Source: Nitrospirales bacterium (GTDB lineage Bacteria > Nitrospirota > Nitrospiria > Nitrospirales > UBA8639). From it: 64,000 bases of DNA. The DNA is taken from NCBI GenBank assembly GCA_965223295.1, contig CBDCWC010000002.1:320001-384000 (forward strand), in the 5' to 3' direction. Below the pieces are notes generated by a model that ran no database searches, was not told where the DNA came from, and saw only the letters and a program-made list of their open reading frames with translations. Numbering within the stretch: the first letter of the stretch is position 1; the number at the start of each line of letters is the position of its first letter. The position numbers and the translations under genes were made by a program. Shown piece after piece: positions 50,883 through 60,371 of the stretch.

Positions 50883-51263
50883 ATGGCTCACTATATCGAC
50901 GGATTCGTTTTGCCTATTTCGCGAGATCGCCTAGACGAGTATAGGCGTCTTGCTGAAGCAGTTGCAGATATTTGGAAGGAACACGGTGCGCTCGATTACA
51001 GGGAATATGTCAGCGACGACTTGATATTGGAGGGAACGCGCTCATTCATTGATCTCGCAGCCGCAACCGAGGGTGAAGCCATCGTGTTTGGATGGGTGGT
51101 ATTTGAATCTCGTGAGGCACGTGATTTAGCAAATAAAAAGGTCGCGGCAGACCCAAGAATGGCGGATTTGATCAATTCATCGAATTCAGGTTTTGATGCT
51201 AAACGGATGGCATACGGCGGGTTCCGATCGTTTGTTCTATCATCTAACGCCAGCGCCGGATAA
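50883..51263 (+). CDS. DUF1428-family protein
   Basis: YIDGFVLP, WKEHGALDYRE, DPRM, FDAKRMAYGGF. Confidence 0.88.
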   Translation: MAHYIDGFVLPISRDRLDEYRRLAEAVADIWKEHGALDYREYVSDDLILEGTRSFIDLAAATEGEAIVFGWVVFESREARDLANKKVAADPRMADLINSSNSGFDAKRMAYGGFRSFVLSSNASAG

Positions 51264-51360
51264 CAAATCGCTCCAATTACCGCGCTGCAGCGGACGTTTT
51301 TGGCCAAGACTCTGTCGAACAGCTTAAAACGATCGCCAAAGAGTCTATCGTCAGACAGTA

Positions 51361-51390
51361 AACTTCCAAGTTCCACCCAAAGCGGATATT
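51361..51390 (+). repeat. ~30-bp inter-gene site B
   Basis: AACTTCCAAGTTCCACCCAAAGCGGATATT; 15-bp core identical to 56407-56421. Confidence 0.6.
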
Positions 51391-51634
51391 CATTTTATAA
51401 TCATTAACAGTTCTGCGAATTACCAGAAGAAAACGGTCAAACTCATTAGACCTTCTTTTCATTTCCAACACGGCCCTCAAAGAAGGAAGCTCTACCTTTT
51501 AAGAAAACTCGAGTAAGGGTGTCTTTTATGGGGCGAAGATTGATGCCAAAACTTTCTCATTAGATTTTTCACAATGGTGGGCACCGAGAAAATTCCCAAA
51601 TGTCCTCGACTCACGTTTATGTCAATTCCCTTAA

Positions 51635-52921
51635 CAGAGGTGGCCAGATTTTTTTGAACAGTTAATGGTGTTGCTATAAGTGGATCGCTCCTGGTTGAAA
51701 TTAGGCCGCTCGGGGCTACGGCTGTTGCTGAAAATACACTTGATCTGGTGTCTGCCCTCCAAGACTCGAATGCGGACGGCGACTATTGTAAAACTGGAAA
51801 TAGCGTGTAAGTCCTGCTCTTGCCACTGAGACTGACTCATAGGCCCGTCAGTACACTTCTTCGTATTTCACCGATCGCCAGAGGCGTTCAACGAAGATAT
51901 TGTCTCGCCAAGCTCCACACCCATCTATACTGAAGCAAATACCTTGGGCCTTGAGAAACCCTACAAAGACGAGACTGGTGAACTGACTCCCTTGATCAGT
52001 ATTCAAGATGTCCGGTGTCCCATATTGAGTGACGGCCTCTGCAACCACCTCATGACAGAACTGGACGTCCATGGTAATTGACCTGCGCCAGGCAAGGACG
52101 CGGCGCGTAGACCAATCGACCACGGCCACCAAGGAGACAAAGCCTTGGGCCAGCGGGATATACGTGATATCCATGGCCCAGACCTGGTTCACGCGAGTAA
52201 TTGCCAGAGATCCCGCAACCAATACGGATACACCTGATGGGTTGGATGGCGCCTGTGGTTCTGGGCTTGCGATACAGGGCTTCAAACCCCATTGGCTTTC
52301 ATTAGCTTGCCCACATGCTTAGGCCCAACTGTCAGACCTTCCTGTCGCAAGAGCGCTTGAAGCATCCGGGCTCTAGCAAATGGGAACTCAAGATGCAACT
52401 GATCAATCCGATTCATGAGGCACTGGTCCTCTTCGGAGATCGGCTTGGGCCGATAATGGAGACAACTGCGGCTGATCTCCAGGATCTTCGCCTGTTTGGT
52501 TAGTGAAATCTGCTGCGTGCGGGCAATCATCGTTTTGCGCTCAGCATGTCCGCTTTGGTAAGCGCGTTTTCTAAACAATCATTTTCCTAGGTCAACTCGC
52601 CAATCTTCGCATGAAGGTTTTTCACATCAACGGGGGCCGGAGTTGACTCGCTTCCTTCAAACACCCCTGAGGCGCGTTCCAGGAGCAAGGTCTTCCATTG
52701 GGTAATTGGATTCGGATGGACATCGAAACGTTGAGCGAGTTCCGCCACTGTCTGCTCGCCCTTGATGGCGGCCAGGGCCACTTTGGCCTTAAAGACGGGG
52801 GAATGGTTCCGCCTAGGTCGTCTGCTCATAACTACGCTCCTTTCATCAGTAGCCGGATCATGCCACCTTGTGCGGAGCCTATCCTCTTAAGCCCTTGTGC
52901 AGTTTCTTGGGACCACCTCTA
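51635..52921 (-). mobile_element. IS3-family insertion sequence, inactivated
   Basis: OrfA SRRPRRNHSPVFKAKVALAA; OrfB DDE motifs WAMDITYI, NTDQGSQFT, ERLWRSVKYEEVY; imperfect terminal inverted repeats with an AGAGGTGG core at both ends. Confidence 0.88.
51718..52829 (-). pseudogene. IS3 transposase orfA/orfB with premature stops and frameshifts
   Basis: Fragments 52587-52829, 52282-52578 and 51848-52285; in-frame TGA at 51848-51850 is followed by RAYESVSVARAGL...RPHSSL. Confidence 0.85.
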
Positions 52922-53073
52922 CAAAACTCAATCTATTACTTTAGTAGAGGCTTTAAGTGTTGTTATGATAAAACCAAACAATTGGATAAATTCCTCCTTC
53001 TCGCTACAGCGTGGGAGTTGATGAAACGTTAATTTCTGGGGTTCTCAGAGTTGGTTATTTTTTAGAGGTTGAG

Positions 53074-54273
53074 ATGTTTAATTTTAGGGATATGACGATA
53101 GGGAAGAAGGTTGGCATGGGTTTTGGGGCCATCACACTTATTTTAATGGGAGTGGTGTTACTCACCATTCAGCAAGTAAAAACGATGGAGGTCATTACTA
53201 AGAGAGTTGTCGACCTTCGAACTCCCACGGCTCATGCCAGCCTTATGATGTTAAACGGAATCAACCATTCCCTGGCTTCGCTGCGTGGGTGGATTCTCCT
53301 GGGAGATCCCAAATTCCAAACAGAACGAGCTCTTGCCTGGGCAGAACAAATCAACCCATCCCTGAAGCAGATGCATCAGCTTGCTCCCCACTGGACAGAT
53401 CCAGAAAATAAGGTCCGGTTAAAAACCATTGAAAAAGAAATCGATAATTTTCACAAGGCTCAACAGAAGATCGAAGATATAGCACAAACCCCGGAAAATT
53501 CTCCTGCGCAAAAAATTCTATTCGATCAAGCGGAACCGTTAGAAAAAACCATCGTGGCAACCGTTTCTAAAATGATCAAGCAGAATATGAAAGGCACAAA
53601 TACTCCCCAAAAGAAGCGATTGGTGGAAATTCTCGCTACGATAGAGACGACAACTAGTCTAGCTTTGGAAAGAGCCGACGAGTTTTTGCTATCTGGCAAA
53701 CAAGAATTTAAAAAGGAATCTCTGGAAAACTGGGGGAAAAGTGCTGCGTCTATGGAAGCATTAAAGGACAATGCAAACACCTTTAGTAAAGAGCAGTTGA
53801 AGAATTTTGCATCCCTGCAAGATGCACTCAATCAGTTCGATCCGTTACTGAAAGAAATTATCCGCATTCGGTCCGGAGAAGATTGGAATCGAGCTCATTA
53901 TTGGGTGAAAACTGAGGCTGCCCCTTTAGCCTTTCGAATCAAGGAACTCTTGAATGAAATGGCTGCGGTTCAGGAACAATTGCTGGAAAATGATGTTGAG
54001 ACGATTTCTAGCAGCACTCATTATTTAATTGTTCTGTTAGTGGCATTGTTTGTGACGGCGGCACTGATCAGCGGCCTTTTGGGAGCAAACATTACTCGTT
54101 CAATTAGCGAACCAATCCTGGATGTCTGCAATTTGGCAGATGAGCTGGCGCATGGAAATGACACAAGAAAACGCCTCCCAGTTCATTCCCGAAATGAATT
54201 GGGCACCCTGAGCCAAAGTTTCAACCAACTGTTGGATCGATTGCAAAAAGAGAAGTCACAAGACGAAGACTGA
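53074..54273 (+). CDS. Membrane sensor: TM, helical periplasmic domain, TM and HAMP, with no signalling domain
   Basis: MTIGKKVGMGF N-terminus typical of chemoreceptors; ITRSISEPI...NELGTLSQSFNQLL HAMP, then stop. Confidence 0.8.
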   Translation: MFNFRDMTIGKKVGMGFGAITLILMGVVLLTIQQVKTMEVITKRVVDLRTPTAHASLMMLNGINHSLASLRGWILLGDPKFQTERALAWAEQINPSLKQMHQLAPHWTDPENKVRLKTIEKEIDNFHKAQQKIEDIAQTPENSPAQKILFDQAEPLEKTIVATVSKMIKQNMKGTNTPQKKRLVEILATIETTTSLALERADEFLLSGKQEFKKESLENWGKSAASMEALKDNANTFSKEQLKNFASLQDALNQFDPLLKEIIRIRSGEDWNRAHYWVKTEAAPLAFRIKELLNEMAAVQEQLLENDVETISSSTHYLIVLLVALFVTAALISGLLGANITRSISEPILDVCNLADELAHGNDTRKRLPVHSRNELGTLSQSFNQLLDRLQKEKSQDED

Positions 54274-54396
54274 CTTGTTGCCTTAAATTAAATGGCCCCA
54301 TGCGCGCAAGGCATGATGTCTTTTGCAATTGGAATTCCGAGTTCACTCCCCTCCCATCAGGGTGGTTTTACAGCACTACAGGCTACGATAGTAGAA

Positions 54397-55995
54397 TCAC
54401 TCATCGAATGATGTCATTTTAGCTCGCACGGACAACTCAAGACCGTTTTCTCTGAATTTCCTTTTCCACTCGTCAATCTTAGACCTGATCCTACGGTCCA
54501 CAAACTTCGTTTCTGTCATATCCAAGGTAACTCGCTTCCCTTCCAGAAAGAAACGATCAAGTTGTTTTCTCAGAGGAATCCAAGAACTGAAAATAATGGA
54601 ACCTCGTAAAAGAATCGTGACAGACTGATCCCTTTCATGAATGATCTTGGCATTCAATCGAAGCATGGATCCCCCACGAATAAAACGGATGACCAACATG
54701 ACTCCTATTCCAATGGCTAACCCTTTTAAGAGATCAGTCGCAAGTACACCTAATATGGTAGAGACAAAAATAATAAACTGGTCTGTTCCCTCACGATACA
54801 CAGCCACAAACTCGTTGGGAGAAGCCAGGCGAAATCCTGTGATGACCAATAACGCGGCCAAGGCAGCTAGAGGAATTTGATTAATGATCCCTGGGATCAA
54901 TGCCACACATATCAATAAAAACATTCCATGGTAAAAATTCGCAAACCGGGTTCTTGCCCCATTATCAATATTGGCTTTACTTCGAACAATTTCAGAAATC
55001 ATGGGCAACCCGCCAATAAAAGCAGACAGGGTGTTAGCGATACCGGTCGCCAACAAGTCTCGATCCAGATTTGTTTGTCGACCCCACGGATCGATCCCAT
55101 CAATAGCCTTTGCACTGAGAATCCCCTCCAAACTTCCAATGATCGCAAAAAGAACCGTATATTTAATTCCAGTCTCCGTGGTTATGCCTGAAAAATCCGG
55201 AAAGGTGATGGCATTTAGCAAATTACCTGGAACATTGACTAAAAACTTTTCGCCGAGTTCGTAGATGTGATTATTGAAGGTATATGACCCCTTCTCCCCA
55301 ATTCCTAAAAATATTGCTATTGGAACGGTGATCATTAACATCAACATGGGTGCAGGAATGACCTTTACTTTGGGATTTTGTATATAGTTATAAGCCATCA
55401 CAATCGTAAGACCTAGAATTCCGATTGGTGCAACTTTCGGGTTCATGTTCATGACAAAGGAAGGGATCCTAGCGAGTAACTCTAGAGGACCACCCTGTGG
55501 ATTCAGCCCCATCAAGACAGGAAATTGTTTGGCGATGATGATGACTCCAATGGAAGCCAGCAAACCGTGAATCGCCGCTTTCGGAAAAAGCTTGACTAGG
55601 ATTCCTACGCGAAAAAGTCCGAGGATAATTTGGTAGATGCCTGCCACAACCCCAACACCCAGCGCCAAACGATAGGCCTGAAAATCCTTGGCCGGGTCTT
55701 CTCCACCCGTAAAACCAAAATCCTGAACACAACCTAATGCAATAACAATCAAACCAGCAGCCGGTCCCTTAATCGTCAGTTCTGAATTGGTCAGGAAGGT
55801 GGCAACTAAACCGCCAACAATTGCTGTAAAGATGCCCGCTACCGCAGGATATCCTGAAGCCAGAGAAATTCCCAGACACAGCGGCAAAGCAATAAGAAAA
55901 ACTAAAAATCCAGAGAGGATATCGTTTTGCGCATGGGCTTTAAACCCATCAAAATTCCCCTTGGGAATTTCAGTAGATTTGGATGACAGACTCAT
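54397..55995 (-). CDS. SulP/SLC26-family anion (possibly bicarbonate) transporter with a short STAS domain
   Basis: SGFLVFLIALPLCLGISLASG, GPAAGL, GGLPMISEIVRS, NQIPLAALAALL. Confidence 0.92.
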   Translation of the reverse strand: MSLSSKSTEIPKGNFDGFKAHAQNDILSGFLVFLIALPLCLGISLASGYPAVAGIFTAIVGGLVATFLTNSELTIKGPAAGLIVIALGCVQDFGFTGGEDPAKDFQAYRLALGVGVVAGIYQIILGLFRVGILVKLFPKAAIHGLLASIGVIIIAKQFPVLMGLNPQGGPLELLARIPSFVMNMNPKVAPIGILGLTIVMAYNYIQNPKVKVIPAPMLMLMITVPIAIFLGIGEKGSYTFNNHIYELGEKFLVNVPGNLLNAITFPDFSGITTETGIKYTVLFAIIGSLEGILSAKAIDGIDPWGRQTNLDRDLLATGIANTLSAFIGGLPMISEIVRSKANIDNGARTRFANFYHGMFLLICVALIPGIINQIPLAALAALLVITGFRLASPNEFVAVYREGTDQFIIFVSTILGVLATDLLKGLAIGIGVMLVIRFIRGGSMLRLNAKIIHERDQSVTILLRGSIIFSSWIPLRKQLDRFFLEGKRVTLDMTETKFVDRRIRSKIDEWKRKFRENGLELSVRAKMTSFDE

Positions 55996-56393
55996 GGATA
56001 TGAGCTTCCCCTATTGTAGACTTTAAAGCTAATCCGTAATGCTGGTAATGCTTGATCTTCCCCTAGATATCGGACACCGAGTGACGAATTATATAATAAT
56101 TTGAAAGGAGATGTTGAATAAAGCGAGCACGGGCACATCGAGAAAGCCTGTTATGCTTCCGTATGAAATCTTCATGATAATTTTGATGCCATTGATATCG
56201 GAGGCGGTTTTTGATGTGGAAAACACACGTCAAATCTGTTGTTAACGAAACCTGAGATCTCACCTTTTCTGAGCAAGCACAGCCAAGAAAGAAGTGGTAG
56301 GAACCTTTTCTTTCAATTTGAGTTCTCCGCAAACAAAGTAATGAGTTACATTTCTGTTCAGTTTGTACTTTGAAAGATAATACGTGATTCATA

Positions 56394-56422
56394 AATGATG
56401 ACTCTAACCCAAAGCGGATATA
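56394..56422 (+). repeat. ~30-bp inter-gene site C
   Basis: AATGATGACTCTAACCCAAAGCGGATATA, upstream of the cupin gene. Confidence 0.6.
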
Positions 56423-56464
56423 CACGGAGCCGAGTTATTCGGCAATTTGATAAAGGAAAAAAGG

Positions 56465-56941
56465 ATGGCTGGTAAAAAGATAAAATCCTGGGAAGGAAGT
56501 ACCTTTAAGGCCGCTGCTCTAGGTCTTTTCAAAGACTTGGACGAATATTCATACACACTTCCCGCTTTGTCGATGACGGTTAATGGGAAAGTCTTCTTGA
56601 ATGAATTGCTCGGATTGACTGGTAGTGAGATCTCGTTCAATAAGCTCCCGCCCAAGAAATCAATGCCGTTCTACCACAAACATCATAAGCACGAAGAAGT
56701 ATATATCTTTTTGTCTGGGAAGGGGCAATTTCAGATAGATGAAAAGATTTTTCCGGTCGAACAAGGAACGGTTGTGCGTGTTAACCCTGAAGGTGAACGA
56801 ACTTGGAGAAATGTATCCGATTTGGAAGACTTAATCTTTATTGTGATACAAAGTCCTGCGGGACAGATCGAAGCGACCAAAACCACTGACGGAGTTGCTG
56901 TTGAGAAAAGAGTCAGTTGGGTCAACAAAGAAAATACCTAG
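56465..56941 (+). CDS. Cupin-domain protein
   Basis: PFYHKHHKHEEVYIFLSGKG; GTVVRVNPEGERTWRN. Confidence 0.88.
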   Translation: MAGKKIKSWEGSTFKAAALGLFKDLDEYSYTLPALSMTVNGKVFLNELLGLTGSEISFNKLPPKKSMPFYHKHHKHEEVYIFLSGKGQFQIDEKIFPVEQGTVVRVNPEGERTWRNVSDLEDLIFIVIQSPAGQIEATKTTDGVAVEKRVSWVNKENT

Positions 56942-56964
56942 TTGCAGCAGTGATGCTCAGCAAG

Positions 56965-56996
56965 AATGCATACGAATTCGACCCCAAGCGGTCATT
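56965..56996 (+). repeat. ~30-bp inter-gene site D
   Basis: AATGCATACGAATTCGACCCCAAGCGGTCATT with AATG...CATT palindromic ends, between two small ORFs. Confidence 0.5.
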
Positions 56997-57018
56997 ATAT
57001 AGATTACGCCATATCACA

Positions 57019-57366
57019 ATGAGTAACAGAGAAGAAAACTATTGCTGCGAAGGAAATTCGCACAAAGATGTTTCAATCCGGTATGAAAAAATTGACGCAA
57101 TACAATGGTCATGGGTTCTTGAGAGTACGTGGCATGCCACAGAATCAAAAGTAAAGGATGATTTGGCTAGTGAAGAAGAAATAGTTATTCATTCTGATAC
57201 TTTGCTCATTTCATATTGCCCATTTTGTGGAGAAAATCTTACGCTAATACAAAAACACATGGTAATAGAATCTTCAGTTCCGGCCGAACATACGAAGGCT
57301 GAAAATCGGCAGAGCCTATCTTGTTCTATCCGTTCACATCTAAATCGAATCTTGGCAATTTCATAA
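57019..57366 (+). CDS. Small hypothetical protein with CC and CPFCG motifs (possible Zn-binding)
   Basis: YCCEG ... ISYCPFCGENL. Confidence 0.55.
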   Translation: MSNREENYCCEGNSHKDVSIRYEKIDAIQWSWVLESTWHATESKVKDDLASEEEIVIHSDTLLISYCPFCGENLTLIQKHMVIESSVPAEHTKAENRQSLSCSIRSHLNRILAIS

Positions 57367-57473
57367 AAACGTCTAAGGTTCTGGCAATATGTATTTGAAA
57401 CCTCCAGCAAATATGGAGATACTTTTACAGTCATGAGTGCTCTGTGTTGTGACCTATTACGAGGAGGCTTTCA

Positions 57474-58430
57474 ATGGCGTTCAAGATCTCCAAATCTTTA
57501 TGGCTGAAAATTGGATTCCTGACATTCACGTTGACCGGGGTTTTTCTTGCTACCCTGGGACAAATTCCTCTTGCCGTCTCTCAACCGGTAACCATTCCGG
57601 TGGGCAAGATTTCTGGGCCAATTCCCATGGATGCCGCGAATCCTGTGTGGGAATCTGTGCCCGGTGTAGTGGCACCGCTGAGCGGTCAAACGATTACAAC
57701 CCCCATGCACCCGAACATTTCTGTCAAAACCGTCATGATCAAAATGGCCACGAATGGGAAAGAGATTGGAGTGTGGGCGAATTGGGGAGATCAAACACAA
57801 AACAATACCACGATTGGTCCTCAAGATTTTCGTGATCAAGTGGCGGTGCAATTCCCCGTGCAGACGGCTGGTGCTCCTCCGTTCCAATGTATGGGCCAAT
57901 CTGGAGGAACGGTCAACATTTGGCGGTGGAATGCTGAATGGCAAAAAGATTTAGGCCGAGGAGTAGCTGGCATGTGGGATGTCGATAATCAATATCCTTC
58001 CATTGCCTGGGACTATTACTATGAGGAACCTGCTGGGGGTGTGACGTATCCTGACCGAATTGGACGAAGCCTTGGACCATTTAATGAAGGGATTTGGTCT
58101 GGGAATATCATGTCTGATCCTGACATGCGCATTGGGTCTGTGGAAGATCTCAATGCTAATGGCTTTAGTACATTGACCACCCAAGCTTCACAGAATGTGG
58201 TAGGGAATGGATTATGGGAACCATATGGTTCGCTCAAAGGAGGTTGCTGTAGTGGGCCAACTTGGCGTGTGGTTATGAAACGGAGCCTGGCAACAGATGA
58301 TCCTAACGATGTCCAGTTTACGGCAGGCGGAAGCTTTCCCGTGGCATTTGCTGTATGGGATGGCTCGAATGTAGAGCGAAACGGGATGAAAGGTATTTCG
58401 ACTTGGTTTACGGCGCAGATGCCAAACTAG
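57474..58430 (+). CDS. nxrC: Periplasmic heme-b gamma subunit of the DMSO-reductase type II family; Nitrospira-type nitrite oxidoreductase gamma subunit candidate
   Basis: GAGGAGG RBS; signal peptide; QDFRDQVAVQFP, PFQCMGQ (Met ligand), NIWRWNAEWQ, ANGFSTLT, FAVWDG..ERNGMK (Lys ligand), as I recall for Nitrospira NxrC. Confidence 0.8.
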   Translation: MAFKISKSLWLKIGFLTFTLTGVFLATLGQIPLAVSQPVTIPVGKISGPIPMDAANPVWESVPGVVAPLSGQTITTPMHPNISVKTVMIKMATNGKEIGVWANWGDQTQNNTTIGPQDFRDQVAVQFPVQTAGAPPFQCMGQSGGTVNIWRWNAEWQKDLGRGVAGMWDVDNQYPSIAWDYYYEEPAGGVTYPDRIGRSLGPFNEGIWSGNIMSDPDMRIGSVEDLNANGFSTLTTQASQNVVGNGLWEPYGSLKGGCCSGPTWRVVMKRSLATDDPNDVQFTAGGSFPVAFAVWDGSNVERNGMKGISTWFTAQMPN

Positions 58431-58615
58431 CAATCTGAGAATTTCACGGGAACAGCCAAGAAAATTTCTTCTTGCGCAAGTATTTACCAGTCCAACACAC
58501 AAATCATGTGGGGAAGCATGTCTCAGCTTCCCCACGGCCTAGATTACAAATCTGACTCCGCGATTTTTCAATCAGGTCTTCATTTTCCCTTCTCTTTAGG
58601 AGCGAGGTTTCTTGT

Positions 58616-58770
58616 GGAAATGTTGAAAAAAGCCGCCAGCGGCGTTCCCTGGCTTCGCCGAAGTGGCTTCGCGCAGGCGAGCGGGCTGTTTTGACCATTC
58701 CCATCGCATTAAAGTCACCATGACCCTTGAAGGCTTCTCGTACCTTGAAATTCAATTATTCAATAGTCCC
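58616..58770 (+). mobile_element. MITE-like repeat with one nested insertion and an internal deletion
   Basis: GGAAATGTTGAAAAAAGCCGCCAGCGGCGTTC...TTGACCATTCCC...TTATTCAATAGTCCC, homologous to 49867-50133. Confidence 0.7.
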
Positions 58771-58955
58771 TTTATCTCGATTTGAGACGCCTCCAAAGTT
58801 TAAGCAACTACAGATCCTCGCGTACTGTGCTTTGCAAAATTTCAGGAAAATTTTTTGCATTGAAATGATCGCGATCATTGTCTGTCTGTTCACCTCAGTG
58901 CGAACATCATCTAACTCTATGTGCTCATATGTTTGATCTTCTACAACAGAAGAAC

Positions 58956-60272
58956 ATGAACATTCACGTCTGGCTTACTGCATGGAAACGTCTGATCACC
59001 TTTTTCGTCGTACCTGTGCTTTGTTGGGGTGCTCTTTCCAGTTGCAGTCTCCTTGCTTTACAAAAAAATGTCGAAATTTATCAGCAATATGTTCGTGTCA
59101 GTGGTCGGCTGGAGAATCCGTCTTCAGAGAAGAAGCCAGTGATCGTATTTCTGTATCAAGTCCAGGGCAAACAAAAGCAAATCGTGAGCTATGGCATATA
59201 TCATAACCCGGACCGGTTTCAATTTATGGTCTTACCTGGACAGTATTTCATTGAAGCGTTTGAAGATGCGAATCAAGATCTCATGTATCAAGTTCATGAG
59301 TGGGCTGGGTATTATGGTTCTCCCTCTGTCATTACGATGCAGCCAGGCCAAGACCAACTGAATCTGGATGTCACACTTCAACCTCCGGGTGTCACTCGAT
59401 TAGAAGAGTTTCCCAATCTTTCTTCTCTTGCCAGTCAAAGCAGGTTGCGACCATCTCACCTGCGTTTTGGAGAAGTTGTGACACTGAACGATAGTCGTTT
59501 TGCAAAAGAAAAGGGACGTGTAGGTCTGTGGGAACCTTTGCGTTTTATGGATGAGGTCGCCAGTGGCCTTTTTCCTCTGAAACCGTTTGATTCAGAGAAA
59601 ATTCCCGTCATCTTTGTTCATGGGGGAGGGGGGACTCCACGGGAATGGGCCGCCATTATTGAAAGGATGGATAGAGAAATTTTTCAACCTTGGCTGTTTT
59701 ACTATCCGTCAGGAATACATCTGGATGATTCCACCGAGTTGTTTTGGCAGAGTATGTCCCAATTGTCGCTGACCTATAAATTTCCAAAGCTTATTATTGT
59801 GGCGCATAGTATGGGAGGGATGATTGCGCGGGCAGCTATCAACCGTACTATTCAAAAAGGTCGAGGACATGAATTCCCACTGCTTTTTGTGACGCTATCG
59901 ACGCCATGGGGAGGTCATCAAGGTGCGCAAATGGCTTTGGATTATTCTACAATAGGAGTGATTCCATCCTGGATTGATCTTGCCCCAGAAAGCCCTTTTC
60001 AACAAAAACTTTTCGAAACGCATCTGCCTCCGGCTATTCATCATTACCTGTTCTTCAGTTATAAAGGTCGTCGCAATTTTTTTACACAAGGAAATAATGA
60101 TGGAGCGGTTTCGCTGGCAAGCCAACTGCACGAGAAAGCTCAGAGTTCGGCGGTCAAAGTCTTGGGGTTCAATGAAGACCACGCCAGCATCCTGACATCT
60201 CGGACTATGATTGTTCGTTTAAATGAAATTATGAAAAACTTTGTCACAGTCAGATTGCAAACTAAGCCATAA
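58956..60272 (+). CDS. Alpha/beta-hydrolase lipoprotein (lipase/esterase-like); start uncertain
   Basis: Lipobox LSSC; VIFVHG; AHSMGG nucleophile elbow; NDGAV; EDHASIL. Confidence 0.85.
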   Translation: MNIHVWLTAWKRLITFFVVPVLCWGALSSCSLLALQKNVEIYQQYVRVSGRLENPSSEKKPVIVFLYQVQGKQKQIVSYGIYHNPDRFQFMVLPGQYFIEAFEDANQDLMYQVHEWAGYYGSPSVITMQPGQDQLNLDVTLQPPGVTRLEEFPNLSSLASQSRLRPSHLRFGEVVTLNDSRFAKEKGRVGLWEPLRFMDEVASGLFPLKPFDSEKIPVIFVHGGGGTPREWAAIIERMDREIFQPWLFYYPSGIHLDDSTELFWQSMSQLSLTYKFPKLIIVAHSMGGMIARAAINRTIQKGRGHEFPLLFVTLSTPWGGHQGAQMALDYSTIGVIPSWIDLAPESPFQQKLFETHLPPAIHHYLFFSYKGRRNFFTQGNNDGAVSLASQLHEKAQSSAVKVLGFNEDHASILTSRTMIVRLNEIMKNFVTVRLQTKP

Positions 60273-60371
60273 GATGAGTTTTTCTTGGTTTATTTTCTGT
60301 TCTCTTTTTTATGTGACAGGAGTCTAATTATAGTTTGGTCCAGGCTCTTGTCTGGGTGAAGGATTACCATT

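Noticed and set aside
52546-52560. ATGTCCGCTTTGGT as a fifth copy of the ~30-bp site
   Set aside because: It falls within IS3 transposase coding sequence and in the opposite orientation; probably coincidental
56402-56440. CTCTAAC...GTTATTC as an attC site
   Set aside because: About 40 bp, shorter than known attC sites, and both boxes deviate from consensus
57437-57944. Overlapping ORFs 57437-57835 (+) and 57498-57944 (-)
   Set aside because: Shadows of the well-supported nxrC-like CDS
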